Source: an uncultured delta proteobacterium
GTDB taxonomy: Bacteria; Desulfobacterota; Binatia; UBA9968
Assembly (NCBI GenBank): GCA_963816145.1
Contig: CAWFJP010000001.1
Span: forward strand, 367,358 to 431,357
Reading direction: 5' to 3'
DNA length: 64,000 bases
The notes below the pieces were generated by a model. It was not told the origin of the DNA. It was given only the letters and a program-made list of their open reading frames with translations, and ran no database searches. Shown in pieces: positions 48,921-58,807 of the stretch; within the stretch, counting starts at the first letter, position 1, and the number at the start of each line of letters is the position of its first letter. The position numbers and the translations under genes were made by a program.

Positions 48921-49035
48921 CGACCGCTCCTGGACGATTTACATCGGGGCTGCTTTGTAGAAATCTTTAATATTGTTGATCTGACAATACAACCGCTTCC
49001 GTCGCACCGATCACCTGGGATATAACCACAGTCAA

Positions 49036-50751
49036 ATGCGCGTCCTCCTCATCCAACCGCCGGTCCAAGACTTCTACGATACCGAAGTGCGCTTGCAGCC
49101 CATCGGCCTGTGCTATTTGAAGGCCGCGATCAACAAGCATCTTCCCGCCATCGAAGTCATCGTCAGAGACTATCACGGCGGTGCCAGCCGCATGACCGTG
49201 CCGATCCCCAAAGAACTGCGCTACTTGAGCGACTACTACGGCGCAGCGGACAAGTCGCCCTTCTCGACCTTTCATCACTACTATCACTTCGGTCATCCCT
49301 TCGACGCGATCGAGGCAGAAATCGCCCTGCTCAATCCGCATGTCGTCGGCATCTCCTCGCTGTTCACGCCGTACTACCGCGAGGCACTGGAAGTAGCCGC
49401 GCGGGTGAAAAAAGTTTCGCAGGCCATCGTCGTCATGGGCGGCTCTCACGCTTCGGCGGTGCCGCAGTCGCTGCTGGCCTCAGCGCACGTCGATTACGTC
49501 ATTCGCGGCGAAGGCGAGAAACCTTTTGTCGAGTTATTGCGCTGTCTGCAAAATCATCAGCCGGTCGAAACCATCGCCAACCTCGCTTACAAGCGGCAAG
49601 GTGAATTTATCTTCAATCCGATCGCAGACAATTTCCCCATCGAAGAGCTGCCCATACCGGATCTCAGCGACTTAACGCCGCAAACCTACAAACTCGCCGG
49701 TAAGCCGATGACCTTCATGATCACGTCGCGCAGCTGCCCGCATAAGTGTTCGTTCTGTTCGGTGCACACGACCTTCGGCACCGACTACCGTCGCCGCTCG
49801 CTTGAACAAGTGCTGGAAGAGATCGAACTGCGCTACCAGCAAGGCTACCGCGTCATCGACTTCGAAGACGACAACCTGACCTACTACAAGCCGACGTTTA
49901 AAGAGCTATGCCGCCGGCTGATCGCGCGCTTTCCCAACCGCGAGATGCAATTCGTCGCCATGAACGGCATCAGCTACCTGAGCCTGGATGATGAGTTGCT
50001 CGAATTGATGTACCAGGCAGGTTTTTCCCATTTGAATTTGGCCTTGGTCAGCTCCGACAAGACCGTCCGCGAGACAACCAAACGGCCGCATACTCTGGAA
50101 GCTTACGTGAAGGTAGTTACCAGAGCCCACGCGTTGGGGTTCAAGATCGTCTCGTACCAAATCCTCGGCCTGCCCAACGAATCCTTGGACAGCATGATCC
50201 AAACCCTGGCCTTCAACTCACGCCTGCCGGTGCTGCTCGGCGCCTCGCCGTTCTATCAAACCCCCAACTCGCCCATCGCTCGCGGACTGGAATTGAACGA
50301 AAGCGATTTCATCAAAGCCCGCCTCACCGCATTGGCGATCGAGACCGAAAGGTTCAAACGGGACGATATCTACACGCTGTTCGTCAGCACGCGGATATTG
50401 AACTTCCTCAAAGGCTTGTCCATCGACGGTCATGCGGCGTTGCCTGAGTTGATGAATCGCCATTGGTTCGACCCGCGAACCCGGATCGGTTTCGACTTGC
50501 TCAAGCAGCTTTCCGAAACCGGCCGGCTATGTTTCTCGACCGCGCATGGCCTTGTCGAGAACGGCAGGTTTCGAGTTGAACTTTTCGCCCGTGTCTTGCG
50601 TGAGACCGGAACGATTCGATGCCAAGACGACGCGACGATATCCGTTGACGAGTTTAGTCAGAGTTTGCTAACTCGAACGATGCAGCAATCCCCGACAGGC
50701 TTCCGAGAACATCTCCACCCAGACGATTTCACGGCTAATCATATTCTGTGA
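49036..50751 (+). CDS. Cobalamin-binding radical SAM protein
   Basis: PIGLCYL, VVGIS, GGSHAS, IRGEGE, SRSCPHKCSFC and FEDDN motifs. Confidence 0.9.
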   Translation: MRVLLIQPPVQDFYDTEVRLQPIGLCYLKAAINKHLPAIEVIVRDYHGGASRMTVPIPKELRYLSDYYGAADKSPFSTFHHYYHFGHPFDAIEAEIALLNPHVVGISSLFTPYYREALEVAARVKKVSQAIVVMGGSHASAVPQSLLASAHVDYVIRGEGEKPFVELLRCLQNHQPVETIANLAYKRQGEFIFNPIADNFPIEELPIPDLSDLTPQTYKLAGKPMTFMITSRSCPHKCSFCSVHTTFGTDYRRRSLEQVLEEIELRYQQGYRVIDFEDDNLTYYKPTFKELCRRLIARFPNREMQFVAMNGISYLSLDDELLELMYQAGFSHLNLALVSSDKTVRETTKRPHTLEAYVKVVTRAHALGFKIVSYQILGLPNESLDSMIQTLAFNSRLPVLLGASPFYQTPNSPIARGLELNESDFIKARLTALAIETERFKRDDIYTLFVSTRILNFLKGLSIDGHAALPELMNRHWFDPRTRIGFDLLKQLSETGRLCFSTAHGLVENGRFRVELFARVLRETGTIRCQDDATISVDEFSQSLLTRTMQQSPTGFREHLHPDDFTANHIL

Positions 50752-50764
50752 TGCATATATCGAC

Positions 50765-50899
50765 ATGAAATCGACTGGAGAGATTCCTGATAATCTGCTT
50801 GAAGAGGTAGAACGGCTGGCCGCGCGTGCAGGAACGACGGTTAAGGCCCTGATTGAACAGGGCTCTGGACCTACCCCATCCCTAAACCGCGCCGAGTAA
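50765..50899 (+). pseudogene. Truncated CopG/RHH (VapB-type) antitoxin remnant
   Basis: MKSTGEIPDNLLEEVERLAARAGTTVKALIEQG resembles MKTT(V/I)EIPD.LL.EA..LA....TT...LIEEG; no toxin gene follows. Confidence 0.55.
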
Positions 50900-51269
50900 A
50901 GGGCAGCCGTTAATGTCGCTCCCGAGAATGATTGCAATCCCTTGCCTCCAGACGAAGAGTGAGATTCGTCACACGCGCGAACCACACCCCTCGGGTTCTA
51001 TTTTGGTTCAGGTTCAAATATCCCTGGATTCCGGCCTGCGCCGGAATGACGGACGGAAGATCCGACTTGAATTCAGAAACGTCGGCCGGACCAACGTGTC
51101 GTTCGGTTTACGCCGGGTTTTCGCCCAGAACGATTTGAACGACTTGAACGTTTTGAACGATTTGAACTCCGCAAGACCCGATAATTGAAGCTTGTCAATT
51201 CTGCCGCCGTCTACTATACAGTCTCAACTTGGTTCGATTGTGAAATGTATCTACTTTCAAGGAGGCATT

Positions 51270-52226
51270 ATGCGTAAGTGGTTTACCAGCCTGCTGGTTG
51301 CATTGGCGATTGCGGGCATGACAGCTGCGGCACAGGCCCAGCCAAGTCTAAAGATGATGATTCCGGCCAACCCCGGCGGTGGTTGGGATCAGACTGGGCG
51401 CAGTCTCGCCACGGCAATGCAAAGCGCAAAGCTGGTTTCGTCCGTCCAGTTCGACAACAAGGGCGGCGCCGGCGGCACCATCGGCCTGGCACAGTTTATC
51501 AACGCCGCCAAAGGCGACCCCAACGCCGTCATGATCGGCGGCATGGTCATGGTCGGCGCGATTCACCTCGAAGGCTCGCCGGTAAATCTGAGTATGGTCA
51601 CGCCGGTGGCACGCTTGACCGGCGAATATGAAATCATCGTCGTGCCATCGAATTCGCCGTACAAAACGATGGCCGATCTTGTCAAAGCTTTTAAAGCCAA
51701 TCCCGGCAGCATCTCCTGGGGCGGTGGTTCCGCCGGCGGCACCGATCACATCCTCGCCGGCCTGATCGCCAAAGCCAGCGGCGTTGACGCGGCGAAGGTC
51801 AACTACGTGCCCTTCAAAGGCGGCGGCGAAGCGATCGCCGCTATCGTCGGCGGCCATGTGACCGCCGGTGTATCGGGCATCGGCGAATTCGCCGAGCAAG
51901 TCAAAGGTGGCCGTATGCGCGCTCTCGGTGTCTCCAGTCCAAAGCGCACGGAAGGATTTCAGACATTGAAAGAACAAGGGATCGACGTCGAACTAGCCAA
52001 CTGGCGCGGCATCTTCGGCGCTCCCGATATCACCGCGGCGCAAACCGCGGCCCTGATCAAGATCGTCCGTGGCGCCACCGAATCGGCGTCATGGAAAGAG
52101 ACCTTGAGCAAACTCGGCTGGTCGCCGATCTTTTTGAGCGGCGACGCCTATAAAAAATTTATCGACGAAGACACCAAGCGGATCGGCGCCATTATCGATT
52201 CGTTGGGTATCAAGGGAACAAAATAG
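51270..52226 (+). CDS. tctC: Tripartite tricarboxylate transporter substrate-binding protein
   Basis: PANPGGGWDQTGR, GAGGTIG, GGGSAGGTDH and NWRG motifs; followed by tctB and tctA. Confidence 0.92.
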   Translation: MRKWFTSLLVALAIAGMTAAAQAQPSLKMMIPANPGGGWDQTGRSLATAMQSAKLVSSVQFDNKGGAGGTIGLAQFINAAKGDPNAVMIGGMVMVGAIHLEGSPVNLSMVTPVARLTGEYEIIVVPSNSPYKTMADLVKAFKANPGSISWGGGSAGGTDHILAGLIAKASGVDAAKVNYVPFKGGGEAIAAIVGGHVTAGVSGIGEFAEQVKGGRMRALGVSSPKRTEGFQTLKEQGIDVELANWRGIFGAPDITAAQTAALIKIVRGATESASWKETLSKLGWSPIFLSGDAYKKFIDEDTKRIGAIIDSLGIKGTK

Positions 52227-52243
52227 TCGGGGAATTCCCCTTG

Positions 52244-52447
52244 ACCACGAAGGACACGAAGCGCACGAAGTTCGGAGACTATCCCATCCGCAACCTTCGT
52301 GTCCTTCGTGATCTCCAGCGAAAATACTTTTGCGGCGATGATCCGCGCAACCAAGAGGCCACATGGGTCCGTCATACCGGCGAAAGCCGGTATCCAGGCT
52401 AATGCGCGGGAGAATAAACCTGGATTCCCGCGTGCGCGGGAATGACG
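52244..52447. repeat. Family B repeat plus a family D hairpin pair inside the tct operon
   Basis: accacgaaggacacgaagcgcacgaagttcgg...; gtcataccggcgaaagccggtatcc...ggattcccgcgtgcgcgggaatgac. Confidence 0.8.
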
Positions 52448-52605
52448 AGTCGAGCAAACACCATGTCGAGGGAATTCCATCCGTTTCCATGGTTTTCAGA
52501 CGAGCACAAGTTCATGAACACTTCCTGGTCAGATAAAATCAAGCGTCTCACGCCTAGCGACCCTTTTGCGAAGAAACTTTACGCGCCACAGAGATTCCGT
52601 GCCGT

Positions 52606-53106
52606 ATGACAACCAAACCTGCCGAGCTGCTTCTATCGCTTGCCGTGTCCGGCCTGGGAATCGCCACGGCCATCGGTACGGCGCAGTTACCCAGCGCCGG
52701 CGGCTACGCGCGCATCGGTCCCAACGTTGCGCCAGCGGTCATCGCCGTTGGTTTGATTCTCCTCGGTCTCTGGCTGCTCTACGAAACGCTTACCGGCGGC
52801 TGGCGCAACGCCGTCGCGGACGAACCTTCGGCACGCGGCGAGCATGCCTTCCATCCGGGCGCATTTCTCTGGGTTAGCGCCGGCGTCATTGCAGAGATCC
52901 TGTTGATCCACACCGGCGGTTTTGTGCTTGCTCAAGCGGTGCTGTTCGCCTGCGTCGCGCGCGGTTTCGGCAGCGCCAAACTGCCGCGCGACTTTGGCAT
53001 CGGATTGGTGCTCGGCCTGGCGGTTTTTCTTTTCTTCGTGAAATTTTTAAACGTCAACTTGCCCGCGGGTTGGTTGAAGCCAATCCTCGGCGGCGCCGGC
53101 ATTTAG
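52606..53106 (+). CDS. tctB: TTT small transmembrane subunit
   Basis: GPNVAP, GGFVLA and LNVNLPAG motifs; 4-5 TM segments. Confidence 0.88.
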   Translation: MTTKPAELLLSLAVSGLGIATAIGTAQLPSAGGYARIGPNVAPAVIAVGLILLGLWLLYETLTGGWRNAVADEPSARGEHAFHPGAFLWVSAGVIAEILLIHTGGFVLAQAVLFACVARGFGSAKLPRDFGIGLVLGLAVFLFFVKFLNVNLPAGWLKPILGGAGI

Positions 53107-53304
53107 AAACTAGGCGAGATACAGAGAAGCTCGAAGCACAAAATCCGAAACAAATTCAAATGAACCAAACGCTACAAATTCAAAACGAGGCCAAATCGAA
53201 TTCGCTGTTTGGTATTTTCCGGGTTTTGAATTTTTTTGCCCCGGTTTGTTTCGGATTTAGAAATTCGAATTTCGCTTATTCATGCGCCGGCATCTGAGCA
53301 GCCT

Positions 53305-54792
53305 ATGACTGAAACTTTCGTTTCGTTAATGCACGGCTTCAGCATCGCCTTGACGCCGCTCAATTTACTCTGGGGCTTCATCGGCACCATGTTGGGCACG
53401 TTCATCGGCGTCCTGCCCGGTGTCGGCCCCGCCCTCACCGTCGCCATGCTGATGCCGCTCACGGTGAAGCTCGATCCCACCGGCGCTCTGATCATGTTCG
53501 CCGGCATATACTATGGCGCCATGTACGGCGGCTCGACCACGACGATCTTATTGAACACGCCAGGCGAGTCGGCATCCATCGCTACCGCGCTGGAAGGCAA
53601 CATGATGGCGAAAAACGGCCGCGCCGGCCCGGCGCTCGCCACCTGCGCCATCGGCTCCTTCGTCGCCGGCACCATCGCGACGATTCTGGTCACGTTACTC
53701 GCGCCGCTGGTCGTCGAGGTCGCGCTTAAGTTCGGGCCGACGGAGTATTTCGCGTTGATGGTATTCGCCTTCACCACAGTCTCGGCCGTGATCGGCAGCT
53801 CCACCGTGCGCGGCTTGACCAGTTTGTTTCTCGGCTTGCTATTGGGCGTCGTCGGCATCGACGGACAGACCGGCAAATCACGATTCGCCTTCGGTGTGCC
53901 GGAGCTTTTGGACGGCATCGACGTGGTCGTCCTCGCGGTCGGACTGTTCGCCGTCGGCGAAGCGCTTTACGTCGCCGCCTATTCGAGCCGCCTTGAAGAA
54001 AAAATGGAACAGATCAAAGGTTCGCTATGGATGTCGAAGGAGGACTGGAAACGCTCGTGGCCCGCATGGCTGCGCGCCACGGCGATCGGCTTCCCGTTCG
54101 GCTCCATTCCAGCAGGCGGCGCCGAAATTCCTACCTTTCTCTCATACGCAACTGAAAAGCGCTTGACGAAATATCCCAAGGAGTTCGGCCACGGCGCGAT
54201 CGAAGGCGTCGCCGGTCCAGAAGCCGCCAACAACGCGTCGGTTACCGGCGCGTTGGTGCCGCTCTTAACACTCGGGATTCCAACGTCCGCCACCGCCGCG
54301 GTGTTGCTCAGCGCGTTTCAGAACTACGGCATCTCACCGGGGCCGCTGTTGTTCCAGATGCAGCCTGATTTGGTTTGGGGACTGCTGGCGAGTTTGTATA
54401 TCGGCAATGTCTTGTTGCTGATTCTCAACCTGCCGCTGGTCGGCATGTGGGTGAAAGTTCTAACCATACCGCAACCGTTGCTCTACGCCGGCATCTTGGT
54501 ATTCGCTACCCTCGGCGCCTACAGCCTGCATCAGTCGGTGGTCGATCTCATTACGCTCTACGTTTTCGGCCTGCTCGGCTTCGCCATGCGCCGCTGGGAC
54601 GTTCCCGTCGCCCCAGCGGTAATCGGTTTGATCCTCGGCCCGCTCGCCGAAACCCAAGCCCGCCGCGCCTTAGCGATCAGCCAAGGTGACCCGTCGGTCT
54701 TTATCACGCACCCAATTTCGGCGAGTATCCTCGCCTTGTCTTTGCTCCTGCTGATCTTACCGGTGATCATCAAGGTGCTACGCCGCAGTTGA
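53305..54792 (+). CDS. tctA: TTT large transmembrane subunit
   Basis: [28 protein letters not shown] and PLLTLGIP motifs. Confidence 0.93.
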   Translation: MTETFVSLMHGFSIALTPLNLLWGFIGTMLGTFIGVLPGVGPALTVAMLMPLTVKLDPTGALIMFAGIYYGAMYGGSTTTILLNTPGESASIATALEGNMMAKNGRAGPALATCAIGSFVAGTIATILVTLLAPLVVEVALKFGPTEYFALMVFAFTTVSAVIGSSTVRGLTSLFLGLLLGVVGIDGQTGKSRFAFGVPELLDGIDVVVLAVGLFAVGEALYVAAYSSRLEEKMEQIKGSLWMSKEDWKRSWPAWLRATAIGFPFGSIPAGGAEIPTFLSYATEKRLTKYPKEFGHGAIEGVAGPEAANNASVTGALVPLLTLGIPTSATAAVLLSAFQNYGISPGPLLFQMQPDLVWGLLASLYIGNVLLLILNLPLVGMWVKVLTIPQPLLYAGILVFATLGAYSLHQSVVDLITLYVFGLLGFAMRRWDVPVAPAVIGLILGPLAETQARRALAISQGDPSVFITHPISASILALSLLLLILPVIIKVLRRS

Positions 54793-54977
54793 TTGTCTGC
54801 GGGATTCAAAATCACTCATTGTCGTCCCGAACGAACGTGAGGGATCCATGGAAAAGATTTCTCGGCTCCGCCTCGAAATGACAACCAGCGGACATTTTGG
54901 TTTTCCGAAAACACTTGGAACTTTTGGAACCGCTGGAACGATTGGAACGCATCAATAGCCGCACGGAGCCTTTCTTG

Positions 54978-55102
54978 GCCAGCGACTCAAAAAGATTCAG
55001 ATACGAGGCGCGCGAAGACTCGACGAGCGGAGGCGTACTCCTGTACGTTGACGCGAGGAGATCGAGCGCAACGAAGTAGATGAGTCTTTTTCAGTCGCTG
55101 GC
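54978..55102. mobile_element. About 125-bp MITE-like element with terminal inverted repeats
   Basis: GCCAGCGACTCAAAAAGATTCA...TGAGTCTTTTTCAGTCGCTGGC. Confidence 0.7.
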
Positions 55103-55386
55103 TACGGATGCTCCATGCCGATGGAGAACATCCGCTCTAGATCGTGACGGGAGTAAACTCGAAACGCGATCAGCGTCTCCGAGCTGGTGATGCCCGGCAC
55201 GCCGCGGATCTTTTCTGTAACCACCTTGGCCAGTTGATCGTTATCGCTCGCGCGTACGATCGCCGCCAAATCGTAGCGGCCGGCGACCGAATAAACTTCG
55301 CTGACACCCTCCAGGTCGGCGAGGGTCTCGGCAACTTGATTGGTTTTGTCTCGTTCGGTATTCAATAGGACGATGGCTGACAGCAT
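55102..55386 (-). CDS. Stand-alone Lrp/AsnC ligand-binding (RAM) domain protein
   Basis: EVYSVAGRYDL and GITSSETLI motifs; no HTH. Confidence 0.88.
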   Translation of the reverse strand: MLSAIVLLNTERDKTNQVAETLADLEGVSEVYSVAGRYDLAAIVRASDNDQLAKVVTEKIRGVPGITSSETLIAFRVYSRHDLERMFSIGMEHP

Positions 55387-55444
55387 GGGAAATCTCCTTC
55401 AGCGCAAACACTAACCGACGCACCGCACCCAGGTCAACGCCGCC

Positions 55445-55473
55445 TTGACCGAAACATCATCGTTCACTACTAT
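55445..55473 (+). promoter_or_regulatory. Sigma70-type promoter
   Basis: TTGACC-N17-TACTAT, about 25 bp upstream of ATG 55499. Confidence 0.55.
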
Positions 55474-55498
55474 CGCCGCGAAACGGAGGTCAACGAAA

Positions 55499-56491
55499 AT
55501 GCGAGCCGTAACTCGATTCATTCTCAGCTTTGTGTTCTTTGTGCCCTTTGCGGTCAATTCTCCTTCTCTTGCCCAGGAGAAGCTCACCGTCTCCTACAGC
55601 TCCATCGACGCCCCCAGCGCCAATTGGTACATCGCCCAGGAAAAGGGCTTGTACAAGAAACATGGTTTGGATGTGGAATCGATCTTCATCCCGGCCTCGT
55701 CCACCAACGTCGCCGTACTGGTCGCCGGCCAATTGAAATTCGGCAACGGCACCGGCGGCACCATCGCCAGCGCCGCCGTCAGCGGCGCGCCCTTGGTCGC
55801 CGTCGCCTGCTTCATGAACACTTTGCCCTACGAGTTGATCGTCCAGGACTCGATCAAGACCAAGGAGCAGTTGAAAGGTAAAAGCGTCGGCATCAGCCGC
55901 ATCGGCAGTTCGTCCGATGTCATCGCCCGGGTGTTTCTTAAATATCTTGGCTTGGAACCGGACAAAGACGTGGCGATGATCCAAGTCGGCGGCGGCGGCG
56001 AGCGCGCCGCGGCATTTCGCACTGGCCGCATCGCCGCCTTCCCCGCCCCTCCGGGAGTCCTGCACCTCACCAAAGGGATGCCGCAGCGGGTGTTGATCAG
56101 CACCGCGGACTTTCAAAAGCCCTATCCGTTTCCGTACATCTGCGGCACGACAACGAAGTCCTACCTGGCCGCCAATCGCCTGACGGTCAAACGACTGGTC
56201 ATGGCGCTCAGCGAAGGCTCGCACTTTTTCACAACCCGCAAGGAAGAAAGCAAACAAATTCTCGCCAAGTACTCGCGCCAGAACGACCCCGCCTACCTGG
56301 AAGCCGCCTGGGAGGTTAATGCGAAACTTTTCGATCGCGTCCCCTACGTCGGCCGGGAAGGCATGGAGATCCAGCTCAAAGACGCTGTGTCGAAAAAGCC
56401 GGGCTCGACTTTGAAGGTTGACGACATCATCGACGACACCATCGTCGCCGAACTGGAAAAGGAAGGTTTTTTCGACAAGCTTTATAAGTAG
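55499..56491 (+). CDS. SsuA/NMT1-type substrate-binding protein
   Basis: IAQEKGLYKKHGLDVE and LKGKSVGISRIGSSS motifs; GGAGG RBS. Confidence 0.88.
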   Translation: MRAVTRFILSFVFFVPFAVNSPSLAQEKLTVSYSSIDAPSANWYIAQEKGLYKKHGLDVESIFIPASSTNVAVLVAGQLKFGNGTGGTIASAAVSGAPLVAVACFMNTLPYELIVQDSIKTKEQLKGKSVGISRIGSSSDVIARVFLKYLGLEPDKDVAMIQVGGGGERAAAFRTGRIAAFPAPPGVLHLTKGMPQRVLISTADFQKPYPFPYICGTTTKSYLAANRLTVKRLVMALSEGSHFFTTRKEESKQILAKYSRQNDPAYLEAAWEVNAKLFDRVPYVGREGMEIQLKDAVSKKPGSTLKVDDIIDDTIVAELEKEGFFDKLYK

Positions 56492-56623
56492 TGAATGTGT
56501 CTCAGGACTGAAAAACTATCCCGAGTTTTTCACGCGGGATAGCAATGATACAGCACCCGGTTTTCCTGGTCTTCAAACGTTTTGAACTGCTTGAACCATT
56601 TGAACGACTTGAACGCCGCTAGA

Positions 56624-57331
56624 TTATGCCCCCTTGAGATGTTTATTGAAAAACCCAAACGTCCGCGGCCACGAAGCGGTCGCCGCGTGCTCTCGGTAAC
56701 CCGGCGAGCCGAAATTGGCGAAGGCGTGGGCGGCGTTGGCGTAGGAATGAAATTCGTGTGCTTTGCCGAGGCGGTTCATTTCGGCGTCGAGTTTGTGCAT
56801 ATCCGCCGGTGATGGATTCTTGTCGTCTTCGCCGAAGTGGCCCATGATCGGGCAGTGAATCTGCGCCGTGCGCTCGAACGGCGACGGCCCCTCGCCCCAG
56901 GCACTAAACGGGTCACTGCCGTAATACATCACGCCGGCTTTGAGATTCGGATTCACCGCGGACATGAGATAGACGGCGCGCCCGCCCATGCAAAAGCCAA
57001 CGATACCGATCCGCGCCGAGTCTACCGCGGCATGCGACTTGAGAAAGTCCACCGTCGCATTAACGTCCGCGATCAGAGTTCTATCGGTCAAGCGCATGCG
57101 CCGCGTCGGTGGATCGTCCTTGCAGTCCGCCGGGTCGCGGTGATAGAGGTCCGGCGCCGCCCCGACAAACCCTTCGCTCGCGACCATGCGGGTAAATTGG
57201 ACAAAATCGTCGACGCCCGTTTGGCCTTGGACGATGACGATTGCCGGAACCCTGGTCGAACCCTCCGGCGCACTCACGTAGGTGCGCATGTTCGAACCAT
57301 CGACTTTGACGTTTTCCCACGATGAACTCAT
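56624..57331 (-). CDS. Dienelactone hydrolase family protein
   Basis: APDLYHR, GFCMGG, FGEDD and AHAF motifs. Confidence 0.92.
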   Translation of the reverse strand: MSSSWENVKVDGSNMRTYVSAPEGSTRVPAIVIVQGQTGVDDFVQFTRMVASEGFVGAAPDLYHRDPADCKDDPPTRRMRLTDRTLIADVNATVDFLKSHAAVDSARIGIVGFCMGGRAVYLMSAVNPNLKAGVMYYGSDPFSAWGEGPSPFERTAQIHCPIMGHFGEDDKNPSPADMHKLDAEMNRLGKAHEFHSYANAAHAFANFGSPGYREHAATASWPRTFGFFNKHLKGA

Positions 57332-57397
57332 GTTAAACCTCCGCAGTACAAGAGACGGCCTATCCGCCCTCCGGACGGATGGCCTGAGTCGCCATAC

Positions 57398-58429
57398 TTA
57401 GTTTCCCAATACTTTCTTCAATCGTTCGACAACCTCCGGCCGCTGCGACATCATCTCTTTGGCCATGGCTTCCATCTCTTCGCCGGAAGTGTACTCGGCA
57501 TCGAGCTTCTTGCTCTTTACTTCTTCCAAGAACGCGTTGTCCTTCAACGTTTTCTGAAACCCTTCGCGCAGGATTCTGACATGCTCCGGGCGCATGCCCG
57601 GCGGCCCCATGTATGGACGCTGAAAGATTTCCGAGGCGGTTACCACCAGAGCCACCCGACGGCTGATCTCGGGAGTCTTGTATTTTTCCATTAGTTCATT
57701 GAGCGTCACCACATCGGGCAGCCGGCTATCCCGATTTTTACCGAGCTGGATTATGGCGCGCGCGAAACCGGTTTTGCGCCAGGTATGAAACGGCTCGCGA
57801 GCGAAGAATGCCGTAACACTGAAGGCTCGGCACTGGATTTCCCCTCGTTCCACGGCCAGGTCAACCTCGTTGCCCCCTTTGTATCCTGTAATGACATTGA
57901 ATTTCGCGCCGATAGTTTCCTCTAACAGTCGCGGTACCATGAATCCGGTAGTTCCGGTGCCGGTGGCACCGCATTTGGGCGGCTCCTTGGCATTGCGCAC
58001 ATCTTCCATGGTTTTGAACGGAGCATCGGTGCGCATATAGAGCATGTCCGTCGTACGCTGTGCATTGCCGAGCCAGGAAAATTTTGCCCAGTCGAATTTG
58101 ATCTCAGACCGGCCGATCAATTGATCGACGTAAAGGTTAGGATTGGGCGCGAGTAGCGTCAGACCGTCGGGTTTGGCGACGCTGTACACGTAATTTGCGG
58201 CCACGATATGCCCCGCGCCGGTCATATTCTGCACCACCATGTTAGGATTGCCGGGAATATTCTTACCCATATGCGTCGCGATCATGCGCGCGTAGATATC
58301 GAAAACGTCGCCAGTCTGGCTGCCGGTGATGATCGTGATCGTCTTGCCCTGGTAATACGGCGTCTGCGCCGTTACCGGGGTAACTAAACTGATCGCAACT
58401 AACAATGAAATTAGAAACTCTTTGTACAT
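57398..58429 (-). CDS. Bug/TctC family substrate-binding protein
   Basis: YYQGKTITII, QNMTGAG, KPDGLTL and GYKGG motifs. Confidence 0.88.
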   Translation of the reverse strand: MYKEFLISLLVAISLVTPVTAQTPYYQGKTITIITGSQTGDVFDIYARMIATHMGKNIPGNPNMVVQNMTGAGHIVAANYVYSVAKPDGLTLLAPNPNLYVDQLIGRSEIKFDWAKFSWLGNAQRTTDMLYMRTDAPFKTMEDVRNAKEPPKCGATGTGTTGFMVPRLLEETIGAKFNVITGYKGGNEVDLAVERGEIQCRAFSVTAFFAREPFHTWRKTGFARAIIQLGKNRDSRLPDVVTLNELMEKYKTPEISRRVALVVTASEIFQRPYMGPPGMRPEHVRILREGFQKTLKDNAFLEEVKSKKLDAEYTSGEEMEAMAKEMMSQRPEVVERLKKVLGN

Positions 58430-58643
58430 TCTCATTCTCCTTTCGAGAAAATCTCCCACCGCACACCCTGCACGGGCGTATGCCATACGCCCCTACGTCG
58501 GACCTCTGATTGGACTTCTTTGTGTGCTTCGCGTTCTATGCGGCCAAGTCTCCGATTCCGAATCTCCGTCTATGTGAACTTTGTACTACTATATCTCGAA
58601 ATTTGCGCGGGGAGCGAAAATACTCGAATTCGGAAATTTATCT

Positions 58644-58740
58644 CGCCAAGGCGCAAAGTCGCGAAGTTAGGAAACGGGGAAATGATAATTCTCTCCAATG
58701 ATTATCTCCGAACTTTGCGCCCTTGGCGTCTTTGCGAGAG
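58644..58740. repeat. CGCAAAG...CTTTGCG palindrome (family E)
   Basis: cgccaaggcgcaaag...ctttgcgcccttggcgtctttgcg; relatives at 62526-62662, 61278-61322 and 34386-34460. Confidence 0.75.
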
Positions 58741-58807
58741 ATACTCCGAGATTCGGTTGCGGCTTCGCCGCCCTAGGCTCTTTGTGGTTAGATCTCCGAT
58801 TCCGATT

